From Thermofilaceae archaeon (GTDB lineage: Archaea > Thermoproteota > Thermoprotei > Thermofilales > Thermofilaceae): DNA of 64,000 bases. The stretch covers positions 352,001 through 416,000 of the forward strand of contig JAWCCZ010000001.1 of the NCBI GenBank assembly GCA_038861545.1, in the 5' to 3' direction. The notes below the pieces were generated by a model. It was not told the origin of the DNA, made no database searches, and worked only from the letters and a program-made list of their open reading frames with translations. Below are positions 29,249 through 40,800 of this stretch, piece after piece (position 1 is the stretch's first letter; every line of letters starts with the position of its first letter). The translations under genes were made by a program, and so were the position numbers.

Positions 29249-30118
29249 ATGCCAAATGAAGAGCATAAAGGACTGTACAGAGGCTACGCCGAAGGGTATA
29301 CACCTAAGCTTATTTGGAAATCAAAGCCCTCGGTTACAGGATTTTCGCGGAAATACTTGCTAAGCTGCGCTCCCATAATAGCGTATGCTGTATCGGTCCT
29401 TGTTCAGCAGGCCGCTGCTGAAAAGTTCCCGTTTATTCCAGGGACAACTTGGGCAGCGCTTACAATATTACTGTTTCTAGCACTTTCATGGGTTTTAAGA
29501 AGCCCTGAGGCTATGGGGTCAACACTGCTCTCCCTGATCCTACCTGTAATTCTTTCGCTTCTGCAGGGAATTCTGGAAGGCCGCGAGCCCGCGTCATTAT
29601 TTACTTACACGCTAAGCATATACGCCTCCAACTTTGAATGGGGGCTACTCACTGCATCTGTATTAGTGCTGCTAGCTACTGAAGCACGTAGGCAAAGCTT
29701 CACGTATGTGATCACTGAAGCGGGTGTAACTATAAAAGGTGGTATCTGGAGGCGGCAGGAGCACACCATAGTTTATGGATCGATCGGAAGGGTAATATTG
29801 GAGCAGAGCCCCTTTGGGAGGCTTTTTAACTATGGCACAGTAATCCTAGTAAGCCCAGCTGAGTGGGGGTCGGAGTACTATGCTAGATCGACTGGAGTAG
29901 ACTTCGGTAAGGGGACTGCCAAAATGGAGGTAGGCTACGCTAGAGTGCTCAAAGAAGTAAGCAGAGACCCGGGTAAGTGTCTTTACGGGGTTAAAGAGCC
30001 ACGTAAAGTTAAGGAAGCCATCGAGACAATGATTCAGGCTCCCTATAGAGCGGAGATAGATCAAGTAAGGCTTTTAAAAGATATAAAGGAGAACCTTTTC
30101 AAAGATCAAACATCGTAA
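29249..30118 (+). CDS. Membrane protein with bacterial PH (bPH_2) domain
   Basis: LIWKSKPS, 4 TMs, then YVITE..V.IKGG...R...I.Y.SI..V.LEQ..FGRLFNYGTV. Confidence 0.75.
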   Translation: MPNEEHKGLYRGYAEGYTPKLIWKSKPSVTGFSRKYLLSCAPIIAYAVSVLVQQAAAEKFPFIPGTTWAALTILLFLALSWVLRSPEAMGSTLLSLILPVILSLLQGILEGREPASLFTYTLSIYASNFEWGLLTASVLVLLATEARRQSFTYVITEAGVTIKGGIWRRQEHTIVYGSIGRVILEQSPFGRLFNYGTVILVSPAEWGSEYYARSTGVDFGKGTAKMEVGYARVLKEVSRDPGKCLYGVKEPRKVKEAIETMIQAPYRAEIDQVRLLKDIKENLFKDQTS

Positions 30119-30159
30119 AGCAGGCGTTGGAATGAAGCACGGTTAAACTTTTTGAGGGG

Positions 30160-31131
30160 TTAGCCGGGAGTGCTTCGCAAGAGCTTCACCAGCCTCTTTA
30201 GGTTTACATCTCTATCTTCAATAAAGCGTGCGACATCATCGGCTGTTGGAAGACCCGCCTGAGCTCCTTTTCTCGTAACCTTTAAGGAGGCGACAACGTT
30301 AGCGAAGGTCACGGCTTCTTCTATACTAACCCCCCCAGCGAGGGCGAACGCTAAAGCTCCATTGAACGCGTCACCAGCTCCCACTGTATCAACCACGGGC
30401 ACGTCGAAAGCTGGCACAACTTTTGAAGCATTTTTACTCGCTACCAACGCTCCCCTCTTACCGAGAGTTACGATAACTGAATCCACTCCCCTGTCAAGTA
30501 GCAACAAAGCGCTGTGTTCAGCATCCTCCGTAGATTCTATTTTTTCACCTGTAAGCGCTTCAAGTTCTCTAGCATTCGGCGTAATAATGTTAATGTAATT
30601 GTAAATCTCAGGCGGTAAGGGTTTCACGGGGGCTGGATTAAGTATTGCCAGCTTCCCGTACTCCTTAGCGAGCTTCATCGCCCGCAGCGCGGTCTCTACT
30701 GGGACCTCCAGTTGAGCTATTACAACATTTGATTCTTTAATCGCTGGGAGTGCTTCCTCTACGTCACTTGGAGAAATACACTCGTCAACGCCAGGAGCGA
30801 CTGCGATAACGTTCTCCCCGTGTGCGTCCACGATTATCATAGCTACACCGCTGTGGGATTCACGGTCAACCTTTACATAAGATGTTTCCACCCGGTTCTT
30901 AGCTGCGTTATCTAGGAGCAGCTTACCTACGTAATCCCCACCAACCCGGCTAACGAGATTGCTACAGGCTCCAAGTCTCGCTGCGGCGACTGCTTGGTTT
31001 GCACCCTTACCCCCCGGCTGCATCTCAAAACCGCTGCCGATTACTGTTTCACCAGGTCTAGGCAGGCTCCTTACGTAGACGATGAAATCCATGTGCATCG
31101 TTCCGATGACGCATACACTTGGGCGTTTCAC
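30160..31131 (-). CDS. rbsK: Ribokinase (PfkB family)
   Basis: PGGKGANQAVAAARLG, QLEVP, LNPAP, VTLGKRG, DTVGAGDAFNG. Confidence 0.9.
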   Translation of the reverse strand: MKRPSVCVIGTMHMDFIVYVRSLPRPGETVIGSGFEMQPGGKGANQAVAAARLGACSNLVSRVGGDYVGKLLLDNAAKNRVETSYVKVDRESHSGVAMIIVDAHGENVIAVAPGVDECISPSDVEEALPAIKESNVVIAQLEVPVETALRAMKLAKEYGKLAILNPAPVKPLPPEIYNYINIITPNARELEALTGEKIESTEDAEHSALLLLDRGVDSVIVTLGKRGALVASKNASKVVPAFDVPVVDTVGAGDAFNGALAFALAGGVSIEEAVTFANVVASLKVTRKGAQAGLPTADDVARFIEDRDVNLKRLVKLLRSTPG

Positions 31132-31205
31132 AGGACATTACAGATAAGCATTATATTAAAGGTGCTCGCGCGAAGAGCTTATATCTTCGCCGCTATAGAG
31201 CATGC

Positions 31206-31978
31206 GTGAGCGATAGTGATAACTACGCCCTATACTACGATCTACTATATTCGCATCGCGACGTTAAAAACGAGACGAATTTCCTAGAACAAGTATTCAG
31301 GAGTACTCTTCCGTTAACGTAAAGAGAATCCTTGACGTGGGTTGCGGTACAGGCATCCATGCGATCGAGCTCGGTAAAAGGGGTTACGAAGTACTAGGCA
31401 TCGACTTTTCCCCAGAGATGATTAAAATAGCCTTTTCGAAAACTAAAGCGGCAGGGCTCTTTAACGTGCATTTCATACAGGCCGATGCCACTCAATGCAA
31501 GCTTGAGGAGGAATTCGACGCGGCTATCGCCATGTACGGTGTACTCAGCTACTTCACCTCCGATGACCTTCTCTTACGCTTTTTCCGCTCTCTCAGAAAA
31601 GCGTTAAAACCGGGCTCGGTATTCGTTTTCGATACTTGGAACCTAATTGGTGTACACAGTAAAAGGGTGTATTATGAAACCCCCTTCGCCAGTTTCAGGA
31701 AATCCGGTTCAATGCTTGCAGTTAAGGAGGAGGAATGGAGAATAGACTTCTTAGAACAAGTGGCGGACGCGGATATCTCGTGGTCTATCATAGACCTGGC
31801 AAAGGGTCTAGTAGATGTTTTCGAACATAAACTTAAGCTCAGGCTTTTTACTCCTAAAGAGCTTACACATGTGCTGAGGGAAACCGGTTTCACCCTTTGC
31901 AAAATCTACGAAGACTACACCTTACGCCCATTCAGTGAGGAAAGCTCTGAGCTTGTGGCTATCGCTAAGGCTATTTAA
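31206..31978 (+). CDS. Class I SAM-dependent methyltransferase, with one frameshift near 31300
   Basis: YALYYDLLY.HRD...ETNFL joins FREYSSVNVKRILDVGCGTG if one G is added at 31300-31301; GIDFSPEM, LKPGSVFVFD. Confidence 0.82.
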
Positions 31979-32181
31979 CCTAGGGTTATGTATCTCAAAA
32001 TTGCATTGAATTTTACTACACCGCTTTAGGTCTGTGAACTAAATACAGCGAATCAGTTTTTACTATAGCACGCGAAGCATGCTATAGCGAAAGCAGGGAT
32101 ATCTATTGCTTTGGACCGAGCTAGCGGAGAGCGCTGTACATAGCGAAGCGTACATAAGGATCCTCTAAAATATATCAAACT

Positions 32182-32910
32182 ATGTCCCTTAAATCTTTAA
32201 AGGGGTGCTTTATTATTGTAGCTCACAGAGGGGCTAGCGGCTACGAGCCTGAGAACACGCTAAGGTCTGTACGTAAAGCCTTGGAAATGGGAGTGGACGC
32301 GGTTGAGGTCGACGTGCGGTTAAGCAGAGACGGAGTGCCTGTTGTGATCCATGATGAGACTGTAGATAGGACGACTAATGGGAGCGGGCGCGTAAGCGAC
32401 ATGACCTTGAAAGAGCTGAAACGCCTTGACGCGGGAGCGGGTGAGCAAATACCTTTACTGGAGGAGGTCTTAGAGGTTGTGAAGGGTCACGCGCCTCTTT
32501 TCGCAGAAATTAAGGAGCTAGAGGTTGTTAAGCCATCACTTGGGGTAGTCAGAAAGAAGGAGATGCTAGATGACGTGCTTTTCATATCGTTTTACTCAGA
32601 GGCTCTATCCGTACTGAGAGAGTTGGAGCCAGCCGCTCACTTAGGCCTTATTTACGCTAAACCTGATAACGGTATCGTAGGTGCGAGAAAACTGGGCTGC
32701 GAGTTCGTTCTACCCTTCTACAGGCTCGCGACTGAGAAAGCTATAGCTTTGGCTCATCGCCTCAAGCTCGGCGTAGTAGCATGGACAGTAGACGAATTAG
32801 AGACAGCGGTTGAGCTGAAGAAACACGGGGTGGACGGCGTTGCGAGCAATTACCCCGATAGGCTTTTCCCGCTGAGGGATACTAGCGTTGCGAGAAGGAG
32901 AATAGGATAA
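32182..32910 (+). CDS. Glycerophosphodiester phosphodiesterase
   Basis: VAHRGAS, PENTL, VEVDV, IHDETVDRTT, AWTVD, GVASNYPD. Confidence 0.92.
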   Translation: MSLKSLKGCFIIVAHRGASGYEPENTLRSVRKALEMGVDAVEVDVRLSRDGVPVVIHDETVDRTTNGSGRVSDMTLKELKRLDAGAGEQIPLLEEVLEVVKGHAPLFAEIKELEVVKPSLGVVRKKEMLDDVLFISFYSEALSVLRELEPAAHLGLIYAKPDNGIVGARKLGCEFVLPFYRLATEKAIALAHRLKLGVVAWTVDELETAVELKKHGVDGVASNYPDRLFPLRDTSVARRRIG

Positions 32911-32923
32911 ATTATTTTTCAGC

Positions 32924-35896
32924 CTAGTCGTAGAGTAATAGTTTCAAGCTTTTGAATCCGAATGGTCTCAATACGTATTCATCCGTCCAATGCATCTCAT
33001 CGTAAAACGTTTCGGGACCAGTCCATGAAGGATCTCCATCTTTGTAGTGAAGGGGGCCGAAAAAATTCCTCAAAGTGCCGACGAGTACAACCTTTACTTC
33101 GTTTGAGCCAGCCTTGACTAATCCTGTTAAATCTACTTTGTAAGGTGGTACGAAAACGGTGCCTGCTCTAGCCCCATTAACATGGACTTCGGCTACCGCG
33201 GCGCTCAACTCCTCGAACACAAGTACAGCCTTCCTCGGTTCGAAAGGTACGTGAAAGGTTTTCGCGAGCTCTACAACACCAGCGTAGAAGGGCAACCCCT
33301 CTTTACAGAGATCGGAGGAGTTAACAGTACCTTTACCCTCAACTATCCTAGAGGCCCCTCGAGCTCCTGTCTCAACAGCAAAATCTCCAATAACGTATAG
33401 CTGTTCTAACTCCGGTTCAATACCTACCGCTCCATGTACTTCAACTATGTTCATACCATACCGGAGCTGATTCGAGATTTGCGCCATACCGAAGCGGGGG
33501 TCAAACCACACACATTCCCAGTTCTTTATCACTCTTCCATTCACGAAGATATCGTACAGATGCGGCGTTTCAACAATTAGGTAGATGTCGTGTTCACTCG
33601 GGTTAATGAGGCACTCGAATTCAAAGCGGAGTGCGAATCGGGCTCCCACACCCCCGCTCGTTACCTCCCTTTGGGCTTTCCCTATCGGAACTATCTCGCT
33701 CCAGGAGTCTCCCTCAAGCCTATACCTGCAGTAATCCAGTACTAGTGCGTTCGGGCCAAGCTTCCTCAGCGCCCAACCCTCTTCATCCCCAGTGATCACA
33801 AGCGCAGGTTTCTGCTCGGTCTTCGTTTTCTTGCGAGGTACATTTGAGGATAGGGTAAGGAGGGTTGAGCCGACCGGCTCGAGATCTAGCTCTATCCACG
33901 TTCTTCCGTTTTTCAGCTGTGCCCCCAAATTTTCCGCTTTTCCGGAAAGCGCATCCCACAGTATTGGTTCCCACGATCCTTCGATGCCCACTTTGAGTGA
34001 ACGGGCTGAACTCCTATCGGTATTCGCTACGAAGAGGATGAAGCCACCGTCTACCTTCCTTAAGTGATAGAGAACCACCCCCTCTGGGTCTCCTTCGATG
34101 ACCACCGGTCGGGGAACTCCCTTGAGAGCCTCTTCAAGGACGCCGCGGTTGATGGATTGCGCGAACCTCGCGCGGTTAACAAGTTTCGCCAACTCATTCG
34201 AATGGTGACAATCAACCATCTCCGGGGCTTTTTCAGTGAACACCACAGTACCACCAGCTTCAATGAATTCTTCTAACAACTTTAACGTAGTTGAAGCGAG
34301 GGTGATGCAAGGCGGTATAATTACAGCGTCGTAGGAGGCTTCACCCACTCTAAGCCTAGAACCGTCAACGTAAGCATACTTGGCCATGATTATTTCGTCG
34401 CCGAGCTCGAAGTCCACGTGCAGGGCTATTAACTCCTTTAACAGGTTCCCGAGCTTCTCATCGAGCTCAGCGACGCGCTTTTCGGAGAGAGGTGTGTACA
34501 GGGCCCAGGCGCTGCCGATAGGGTGCAACACAAGCACGTTAGCGACGCGCGATCCCCTAGATAAAGCATAGCTAAGTCTAGCGAAATAATCTTCAACAAG
34601 TCTGTTGTAATTCCACCAGGGTTGCGCCCAGTGGAAATTTAGTCCATAGTCTTTCTTCCTCCTACCTCTGAGCGAGTACGGGACTAAGTGGTGATTAAGG
34701 AAGTTGACACCCAAAGCGTAGAGAAAATCCCCAATCCACTTCCTATCAGCAAACGTTGGGTAGTTTCCAGTACACCCGTAGGTCTCGCACAGCACCCGCG
34801 TTTTACCGAGCTGGTTCGCAACACTAGCTACCTGCTTCACTGTAAGTAGGCTATGCCAGATTTGGAAGCCCAGGTGGTCGATACCGGGTATATGCATATA
34901 CTCGTAATGCGGCATTACAGCGCCGCCACACCTCAATTGGCTCAACATAGTATCCTCAGCCAGGTAATGACCAGTAAACTTCAACCCTCTCTCTTCACAC
35001 CATTCGTAGATTTGCTTGGAAAAGGCTTCAACGAAGAGTAGCGTGACGGTTTTCCAAAAATCATACCGGGTTTTCAGGTAATCACCCACGTTAAAGAAGA
35101 GTTCTGGGAGGCGTAGTATAACATCGTATCCGTTTAACTCCCTAAATTTCTCCGGTAAATTGCTTGTCCAAGGTATCGAGAAAGGTGGGAACCTAGGGCC
35201 TCTCGGCGGTAACCTAGGGCGTAGGTGTGGCCTACTAGATTCAATGTTAGGTTCGTCGGTGAAAACCCCTGGGACAGTTTTGCCGAACTCGGCACGGAAT
35301 CTTTCATACGGTTTGTATGCAGCTTCAATGAAAGCTTTCACAGCTTTAGGGTCTAGTAGGTCAACATAGCTGAAACCCTCATACCAGGTATCACCAATAG
35401 GCGCAATGTACTCTAGGAATGTGAGGTAAAAAGGCGACTTCCCCGCTTCACCGGGTAAAGCTCGCTCATAGCCTATTGGAACCCCCCGCTCATCTAGTAG
35501 CAGCCGAAAAGTGGCTATAACTTCATCCCCAATAAAGCTCCTTTCCGAGACAACCATCACGAGCGCTTTAGCTCTCATCTCTGGCCCTAAAGCTGGAACC
35601 AGTCCACCAGCGAAACCTGAAGGCCACCGCAACTCATCGTACACCCAGACATAGGCTCCAAGCTTGCTAGCTTCATCGACTGCCGCCTCGAAAGACTTGA
35701 ACCATTCCTCAGCGAGAAATGGTGTAGCTAATCCCTCCCTTGCATGGAAGAAAGCCCCGCCAAAACCGGCCTCAGCCATTAAACGTACTTGCTTCCTAAC
35801 TTCATCAGGATCAAGGGCATCGTTTATCGACCAGAAAGGAGCTCCCCTGAACTCGGTTGGCGTTTTCTCAAATAAGGATCGATCTAGTATGCTCAC
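32924..35896 (-). CDS. Large glycoside hydrolase, GH106 (alpha-L-rhamnosidase)-like
   Basis: APFWSIN, YDELRWPSGFAGG, GVFTDEP, PGIDHL, LCETYG, GVNFLNHH; C-terminal beta-sandwich; no signal peptide. Confidence 0.78.
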   Translation of the reverse strand: MSILDRSLFEKTPTEFRGAPFWSINDALDPDEVRKQVRLMAEAGFGGAFFHAREGLATPFLAEEWFKSFEAAVDEASKLGAYVWVYDELRWPSGFAGGLVPALGPEMRAKALVMVVSERSFIGDEVIATFRLLLDERGVPIGYERALPGEAGKSPFYLTFLEYIAPIGDTWYEGFSYVDLLDPKAVKAFIEAAYKPYERFRAEFGKTVPGVFTDEPNIESSRPHLRPRLPPRGPRFPPFSIPWTSNLPEKFRELNGYDVILRLPELFFNVGDYLKTRYDFWKTVTLLFVEAFSKQIYEWCEERGLKFTGHYLAEDTMLSQLRCGGAVMPHYEYMHIPGIDHLGFQIWHSLLTVKQVASVANQLGKTRVLCETYGCTGNYPTFADRKWIGDFLYALGVNFLNHHLVPYSLRGRRKKDYGLNFHWAQPWWNYNRLVEDYFARLSYALSRGSRVANVLVLHPIGSAWALYTPLSEKRVAELDEKLGNLLKELIALHVDFELGDEIIMAKYAYVDGSRLRVGEASYDAVIIPPCITLASTTLKLLEEFIEAGGTVVFTEKAPEMVDCHHSNELAKLVNRARFAQSINRGVLEEALKGVPRPVVIEGDPEGVVLYHLRKVDGGFILFVANTDRSSARSLKVGIEGSWEPILWDALSGKAENLGAQLKNGRTWIELDLEPVGSTLLTLSSNVPRKKTKTEQKPALVITGDEEGWALRKLGPNALVLDYCRYRLEGDSWSEIVPIGKAQREVTSGGVGARFALRFEFECLINPSEHDIYLIVETPHLYDIFVNGRVIKNWECVWFDPRFGMAQISNQLRYGMNIVEVHGAVGIEPELEQLYVIGDFAVETGARGASRIVEGKGTVNSSDLCKEGLPFYAGVVELAKTFHVPFEPRKAVLVFEELSAAVAEVHVNGARAGTVFVPPYKVDLTGLVKAGSNEVKVVLVGTLRNFFGPLHYKDGDPSWTGPETFYDEMHWTDEYVLRPFGFKSLKLLLYD

Positions 35897-35977
35897 GTGA
35901 AAGCGTAGCTGTACTTGCTAAAATAGTTGACCTTCCTCAGCGGAATCGTCTTTAACCACTAAAGGTATACTAAGATT

Positions 35978-36541
35978 GTGTCAGGAAACATTAGCATCGG
36001 TTCTGAGAAACTAAGGGGTATAAATAGGTTGAAAGAATTGGCTATAAAGCTGGGAGCGGAGGACGCGGTCGAGCTACCGGCCGAGAAGATCATTGTAAGG
36101 GATTGGGTCCGATGGAAATGCAGGTTCGGGTGCGGAGAATACGGTCGAAGGTTGACTTGTCCGCCTTTCAGCCCCAGCCCAGAGGAGACCCGGAGAGTTC
36201 TCCGAGAGTATGGTTTATGCCTTTTAGTTAGGTTCGGCCCTTGCATCGAGGCGGGGTATGGGGAGGGGGTTAACATACATGAAGTTATGTTCGAGCTCGA
36301 ACGCACGGCTTTCCTTATGGGCTACTACCCAGCTTTCGCCTTAGCGAGCGGGCCTTGCCCCTACTGCGAGGAATGCGTTTTAAAGGAAGGTTTATGCAGG
36401 CACCCGGAGAAAGCCAGACCCTCGATGGAGGCTTGCGGCATCGATGTTTATGCTACCTCGAAAAACGCGGGTTATGATCTTAATGTAGTTACATCACGCA
36501 ATCAACGGCCAACTTTCTTCGGGCTTCTTCTCCTCGCATAA
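35978..36541 (+). CDS. DUF2284 Cys-rich metal-binding protein
   Basis: WVRWKCRFGC..YG..LTCPP, GPCPYCEEC, CRHPEKARPSMEACGIDV. Confidence 0.85.
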   Translation: MSGNISIGSEKLRGINRLKELAIKLGAEDAVELPAEKIIVRDWVRWKCRFGCGEYGRRLTCPPFSPSPEETRRVLREYGLCLLVRFGPCIEAGYGEGVNIHEVMFELERTAFLMGYYPAFALASGPCPYCEECVLKEGLCRHPEKARPSMEACGIDVYATSKNAGYDLNVVTSRNQRPTFFGLLLLA

Positions 36542-36577
36542 CGTCGATTCGACTTACTTTGACTATGTGTAGTGCAT

Positions 36578-37620
36578 TTGAGTAGCTTTATCCGAGAGCT
36601 AGATCACGGGATCTACTTCGACGAGGTTTACAGGAGGTGACTAGGTAAGTGTATCGGAGGTGCGGTAGGCGCGCAAGTAGAAGGTAGAAAACAGAAGTTC
36701 AACTTTACGGAGGAGGATGCTTTCTCCGAAAAGTGGCCGTCTAACGATGACTTAGGCCTGCAAGTGTTATAGCTACATGCGATTGAGGAGAGGGGTATTT
36801 ACTTGGTAAGCGGGGACTTTTTGATATTACTTCAACTAGTACAGCCGTTTCTTAAAGAACTATGCTAAAGGTATTGAACCGCCGCTATCTGGCTGGTTCA
36901 ACAACGATTACTTTAAAGAGTCGATAGGTTAAGCCTATTAGATCCGAGATTTGGGGCTTTTATCCGTCCTGGAAATCCGGGGCTCGCAACAGATTACGTC
37001 AAAAGAGATGCAGTGCTTGACTACTCTCAAGGCTCGGTGTGAGCAGAGTGGTTTTATGCAGCTACAGAAGCTGAAGTCTTTTTCGAGGATGGAGTGGAGA
37101 ACCTTGTTCAGTTAATGATTAACTGCAGGATTTGGGAGTCCTGATGCAACTTCGGTTTACCAGAACGTGGATTTTACACTCATAGCTCTCCTCTGAGTGA
37201 AAAGAATTTCAAAAAACCATGTTAAAGGCGTTGAATTGTGGATACGATACCGATTACACTTGCGCGACAGCCGGTGCGATTCTAGGGGATTCTTGGGGAA
37301 GGCGAGATTTCTGTTATCTTCTTCAGAATGTCTATGCGCTTTACAGTAAACAGGAATCGCTTGTAATCGGCGCCTCAGGTGAGGTTAAAGTTTGGCTTAA
37401 TAGTCAGGTTTTAGGGGATGGGCGCTCTAAAAGCTGTTTTTGGAACCTTAATGTACTGGTTCACCACGCACCTAGAGAAAGATATTAACACCCTGACAAT
37501 TAATATGTTAAGAAAACTCTAAAGCCAAAGCTTGGCTTAGATACATACGCTGAAAACTCAACGAAAGCGCTGGAGGTACTCAGTTTGGCAGGTAGATCTG
37601 GGAAGCTTCCTAGATTGAAA
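36578..37620 (+). pseudogene. Decayed ADP-ribosylglycohydrolase-family gene
   Basis: Remnants *LGKCIGGAVGAQVEG, NDDL.LQVL*LHAIEERG, KNY.KGIEPPLSGWFNN, PIRSEIWG, NCGYDTDYTCATAGAILG; stops at 36638, 36770, 36837 and 37040 plus frameshifts and apparent deletions. Confidence 0.82.
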
Positions 37621-37819
37621 CCAATCTTCACTGTATAGCACCTTAAATTGACAGCTACTGAGTCTGCAGTAGTTTTAACTATTTAAGGCTTAGATAAGTA
37701 AAGAAAATATAGGCTGTGACTAAACCTCGACAAAAGCAAGGTTGGTACTTCCATCTTCCGGACAGAAAAGTATGAAAAGTGTGGGGAATGCTCAGAGCTA
37801 ATTACCTAGCGCGTAAGCT

Positions 37820-40800
37820 TCAAGCTACTTCGATGAGCTCCCCGCCCCTACCTCGAGATAGCGCCCTAACGCCTGATTCTTTCGCAGCTTTCAGGGCTAA
37901 AGAACTTAGGCTCTTATCGTCAGAATTTATATAAACGATATCCACCTCTTGCAGCTTATCTTTCACCTCGTAGGGAACTTTTTCAAACTGAACCTGGCTA
38001 AGGGATCTAACCTCCAATGCCGCTCGGTAGCCAAGTCTCTTTAAAGACTGGTCAAGAATCTTTTTAAGCCGCTCTGAATCTTCTGGCGTGAACACTAGTA
38101 AGTAACGTGGAGAGAGAAGTGTTACAGCTTCCTTGACTAATTCTTGAGAGGAGCGGATGAAGAGGGCTACACGCCCACTTCTAGCACTCCACTGCAAGGC
38201 TAGCTCGCGTACGAGAGAAGCCACATCTCTTAAGCATTGATTTGCAAAAGATGTGAAAATCGTCACTACTCTCGAATGAAGTTCGACTGTATAGTACTTG
38301 TCGGTTTTCTTCACGGCGATGGTGTTGTAGGATTTAAAGGCCCTTCCTTCAACTTGAGCATACTCGAAGTAAACTTTATAGTTTCTACCTTGCTCGAAAC
38401 TTTCCTCAAAAACTTCAACATTAAAAACGCTGACTTTATGCGCCCGCATCTCTTCAAGCCTTGAAGCGACAAACTTAGTGAAGGATTCAGCTTCTTGGGA
38501 ATCCCTAATAACAACCGGTATAGTTGTTACTAGTTCAACCGCTCTTTCTGCATCCTCTCTTCCAACTACTTCACTCTCAGGAGTCCATCTCCGCTTTAAA
38601 GAGGGGACAGCCAGTAGCACGGCTCTCATAGCCGGCTGTAAAGAGCCGAAGATCGATATAACTATAGAGGCGAGCACGGAAAATACCGCAGATGGAAGAT
38701 CCACTTTAGCGTCGACGGGCACCTGCAAATTAAATACATGAAACATGCGGAAAACCGCTAAACCCAACATGTATCCGGTAACGCCGCCTGCAAAGCCTAC
38801 AATGCAAGCACCGGTTATAAACAACACCGATAATTGATCTGGAGTAGCGCCAAGCGTTGAAAGCGTGTAGACTTCTCTTCTTAACTCATAGACAAACCCA
38901 ATAAACGACAGGAAAAGCATGAGTAATGCTATCACCGCGGGGACCACCATTTCTCCACCTCGAATTTCCAGCCTCGTACCTGGATAATAGACGCGCACAA
39001 TTTCACCCGGTTCGGATACATACACAGTGTAGCCACCGAGAACGCTTAGGCTTTCAGCAAGTTCATCGCTTTGGAATCGGTCGCTTAACTCAACGTATAC
39101 CTTGTTAGTATTTGCCCCAAGGAGTAGTGAATCCATATAATTCACGACGATTGTGCTTTCTGGAGCGACTTTCGTGGCGCTCATGCCGAATACAACAGTG
39201 GGAATCAGATCTTCACCATCGAGGTCCTTCAGCTGGGAGAACTTTCTACTGTCGAACACTCCCACAATTGTGAACTCCACTCCCTGTATTGATATTACAT
39301 CACCAACGCTTTTCTCCGTGCGCTTGGCAACTAGGTCACTGACTATTACCTTCCCTCTATCGCAGACGTCTTCGACTGCGCCCGCTATTAGCGTGCCTTT
39401 TAGAAGTTCTAAAACCGGAGAACCTCTTGATACTCCTATTATCCCACTTATCGGTACGCCTTGCAGGGTTTCTATCGGATTCATTGGGAAAAGCGCCAAA
39501 GCGTTGGGTGCAACCCAAGTAACTCCTTCTCTACCACTAATGAAACCAAGGCCCAATGGGTTTAAAGGCCCTGCTGGGGAAAGGCCCCTAGCGATCAGAA
39601 AAGTCTTACCAAGGAATTGAGAAACCCATCCGGCTTCTTGGTAACTGAGTGAAGAATAAGCAGCGAACGACGTTAAACATGTAAGGCCCGCTGACACCGC
39701 TGTAACCATCAATAGCATTAAAGTGGCTCTAGCTCTTCTCTTAGAGAAGAAGTTAACCGCGAAGTTGAAAATCGAGGAAGCCAGTCCCTCAAGTGAAGCG
39801 CCACTGGCAGTGCGCACTCCCCTTACAGTTACTACTTTCACTACACCAAGCCCCACTAAGGTAAGGCCTGCCGCTGCCGTGGTTACCGCTGCGGCTTCTG
39901 AACTCACGGTCAGCCCAGGGGTCACGGAGTAAGCAGCTAGGGTTAAAGTCACAACTAGCGCTAGAAAGGCTGTTACTCTTTTCCCTTTTTCACTGAAGAA
40001 TAGGCAAGCCATCAAGAAGCTGGCTATACCGCCGACTACGAGAAGGAAAATCGTGTACCACGGAGAGGGTCCAGTGGCTATTCTAGCTAGACGTTCGGAT
40101 ATCTCCATTAGCAAGGTAAAAGCTAGTTTTTGGTCAATGCTTACCCTTAGTCTATCTCCCTCTTTAAGCTTCAACTGCTCTACTGCTTGCGAGATCAAAA
40201 TGTTAGTGGATCCTAGGTAGTAACCATTTTCCTCTAGTTTTCTGACATTAGCCGTTAAGTTGAGTATAACCCGCTGCAGGTTTTCATTATTAGACGCGAA
40301 TATTCGCTCTGCTATAGTTGCAATACGTAGCGTCTCGTTTAGGCGTGCCGCGACGTGTTCAATAATTGTACCCCGGAATCCATCGATCTCATAATGTACA
40401 GTTAGTTCTACCTCTCTATCTGGGGGTAGTATAATGGAATTAGACATAAAATACAGCTCAGAAGCATAAGCTCCTAAAGCTAGCTGCTCCTTTGGGGAGA
40501 GGATCCTAAACATACTGTTTTCGAGAATAGGGGTATAGTTAGTTTCAACCGTGAAAATTGGAAGCTCTCCACTTAAAGAGGGGAGCGTCTCTAGAATTAC
40601 TCTGCCACCATACTCAACAGGCCATTCAATCACGAGCCCTTGCGCTAAGGAGTTTTCGTCAAGAGATAGCACGTAAGGGACAAAGTTGACTTCTCTTGAA
40701 AATGGCCCTAAAACCGCGAAGCTCTTAAAACCGGAAGGTAAACTTATTTCTGCTTGAGCCCCTTTCACTTCTACAACCAGGAGCAATGGTACTTCCACGG

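Noticed and set aside
36578-37620. Stop-codon reassignment or readthrough (TGA/TAG as Trp)
   Set aside because: Both TGA and TAG occur together with frameshifts and deletions, and other genes use TGA and TAG as normal stops
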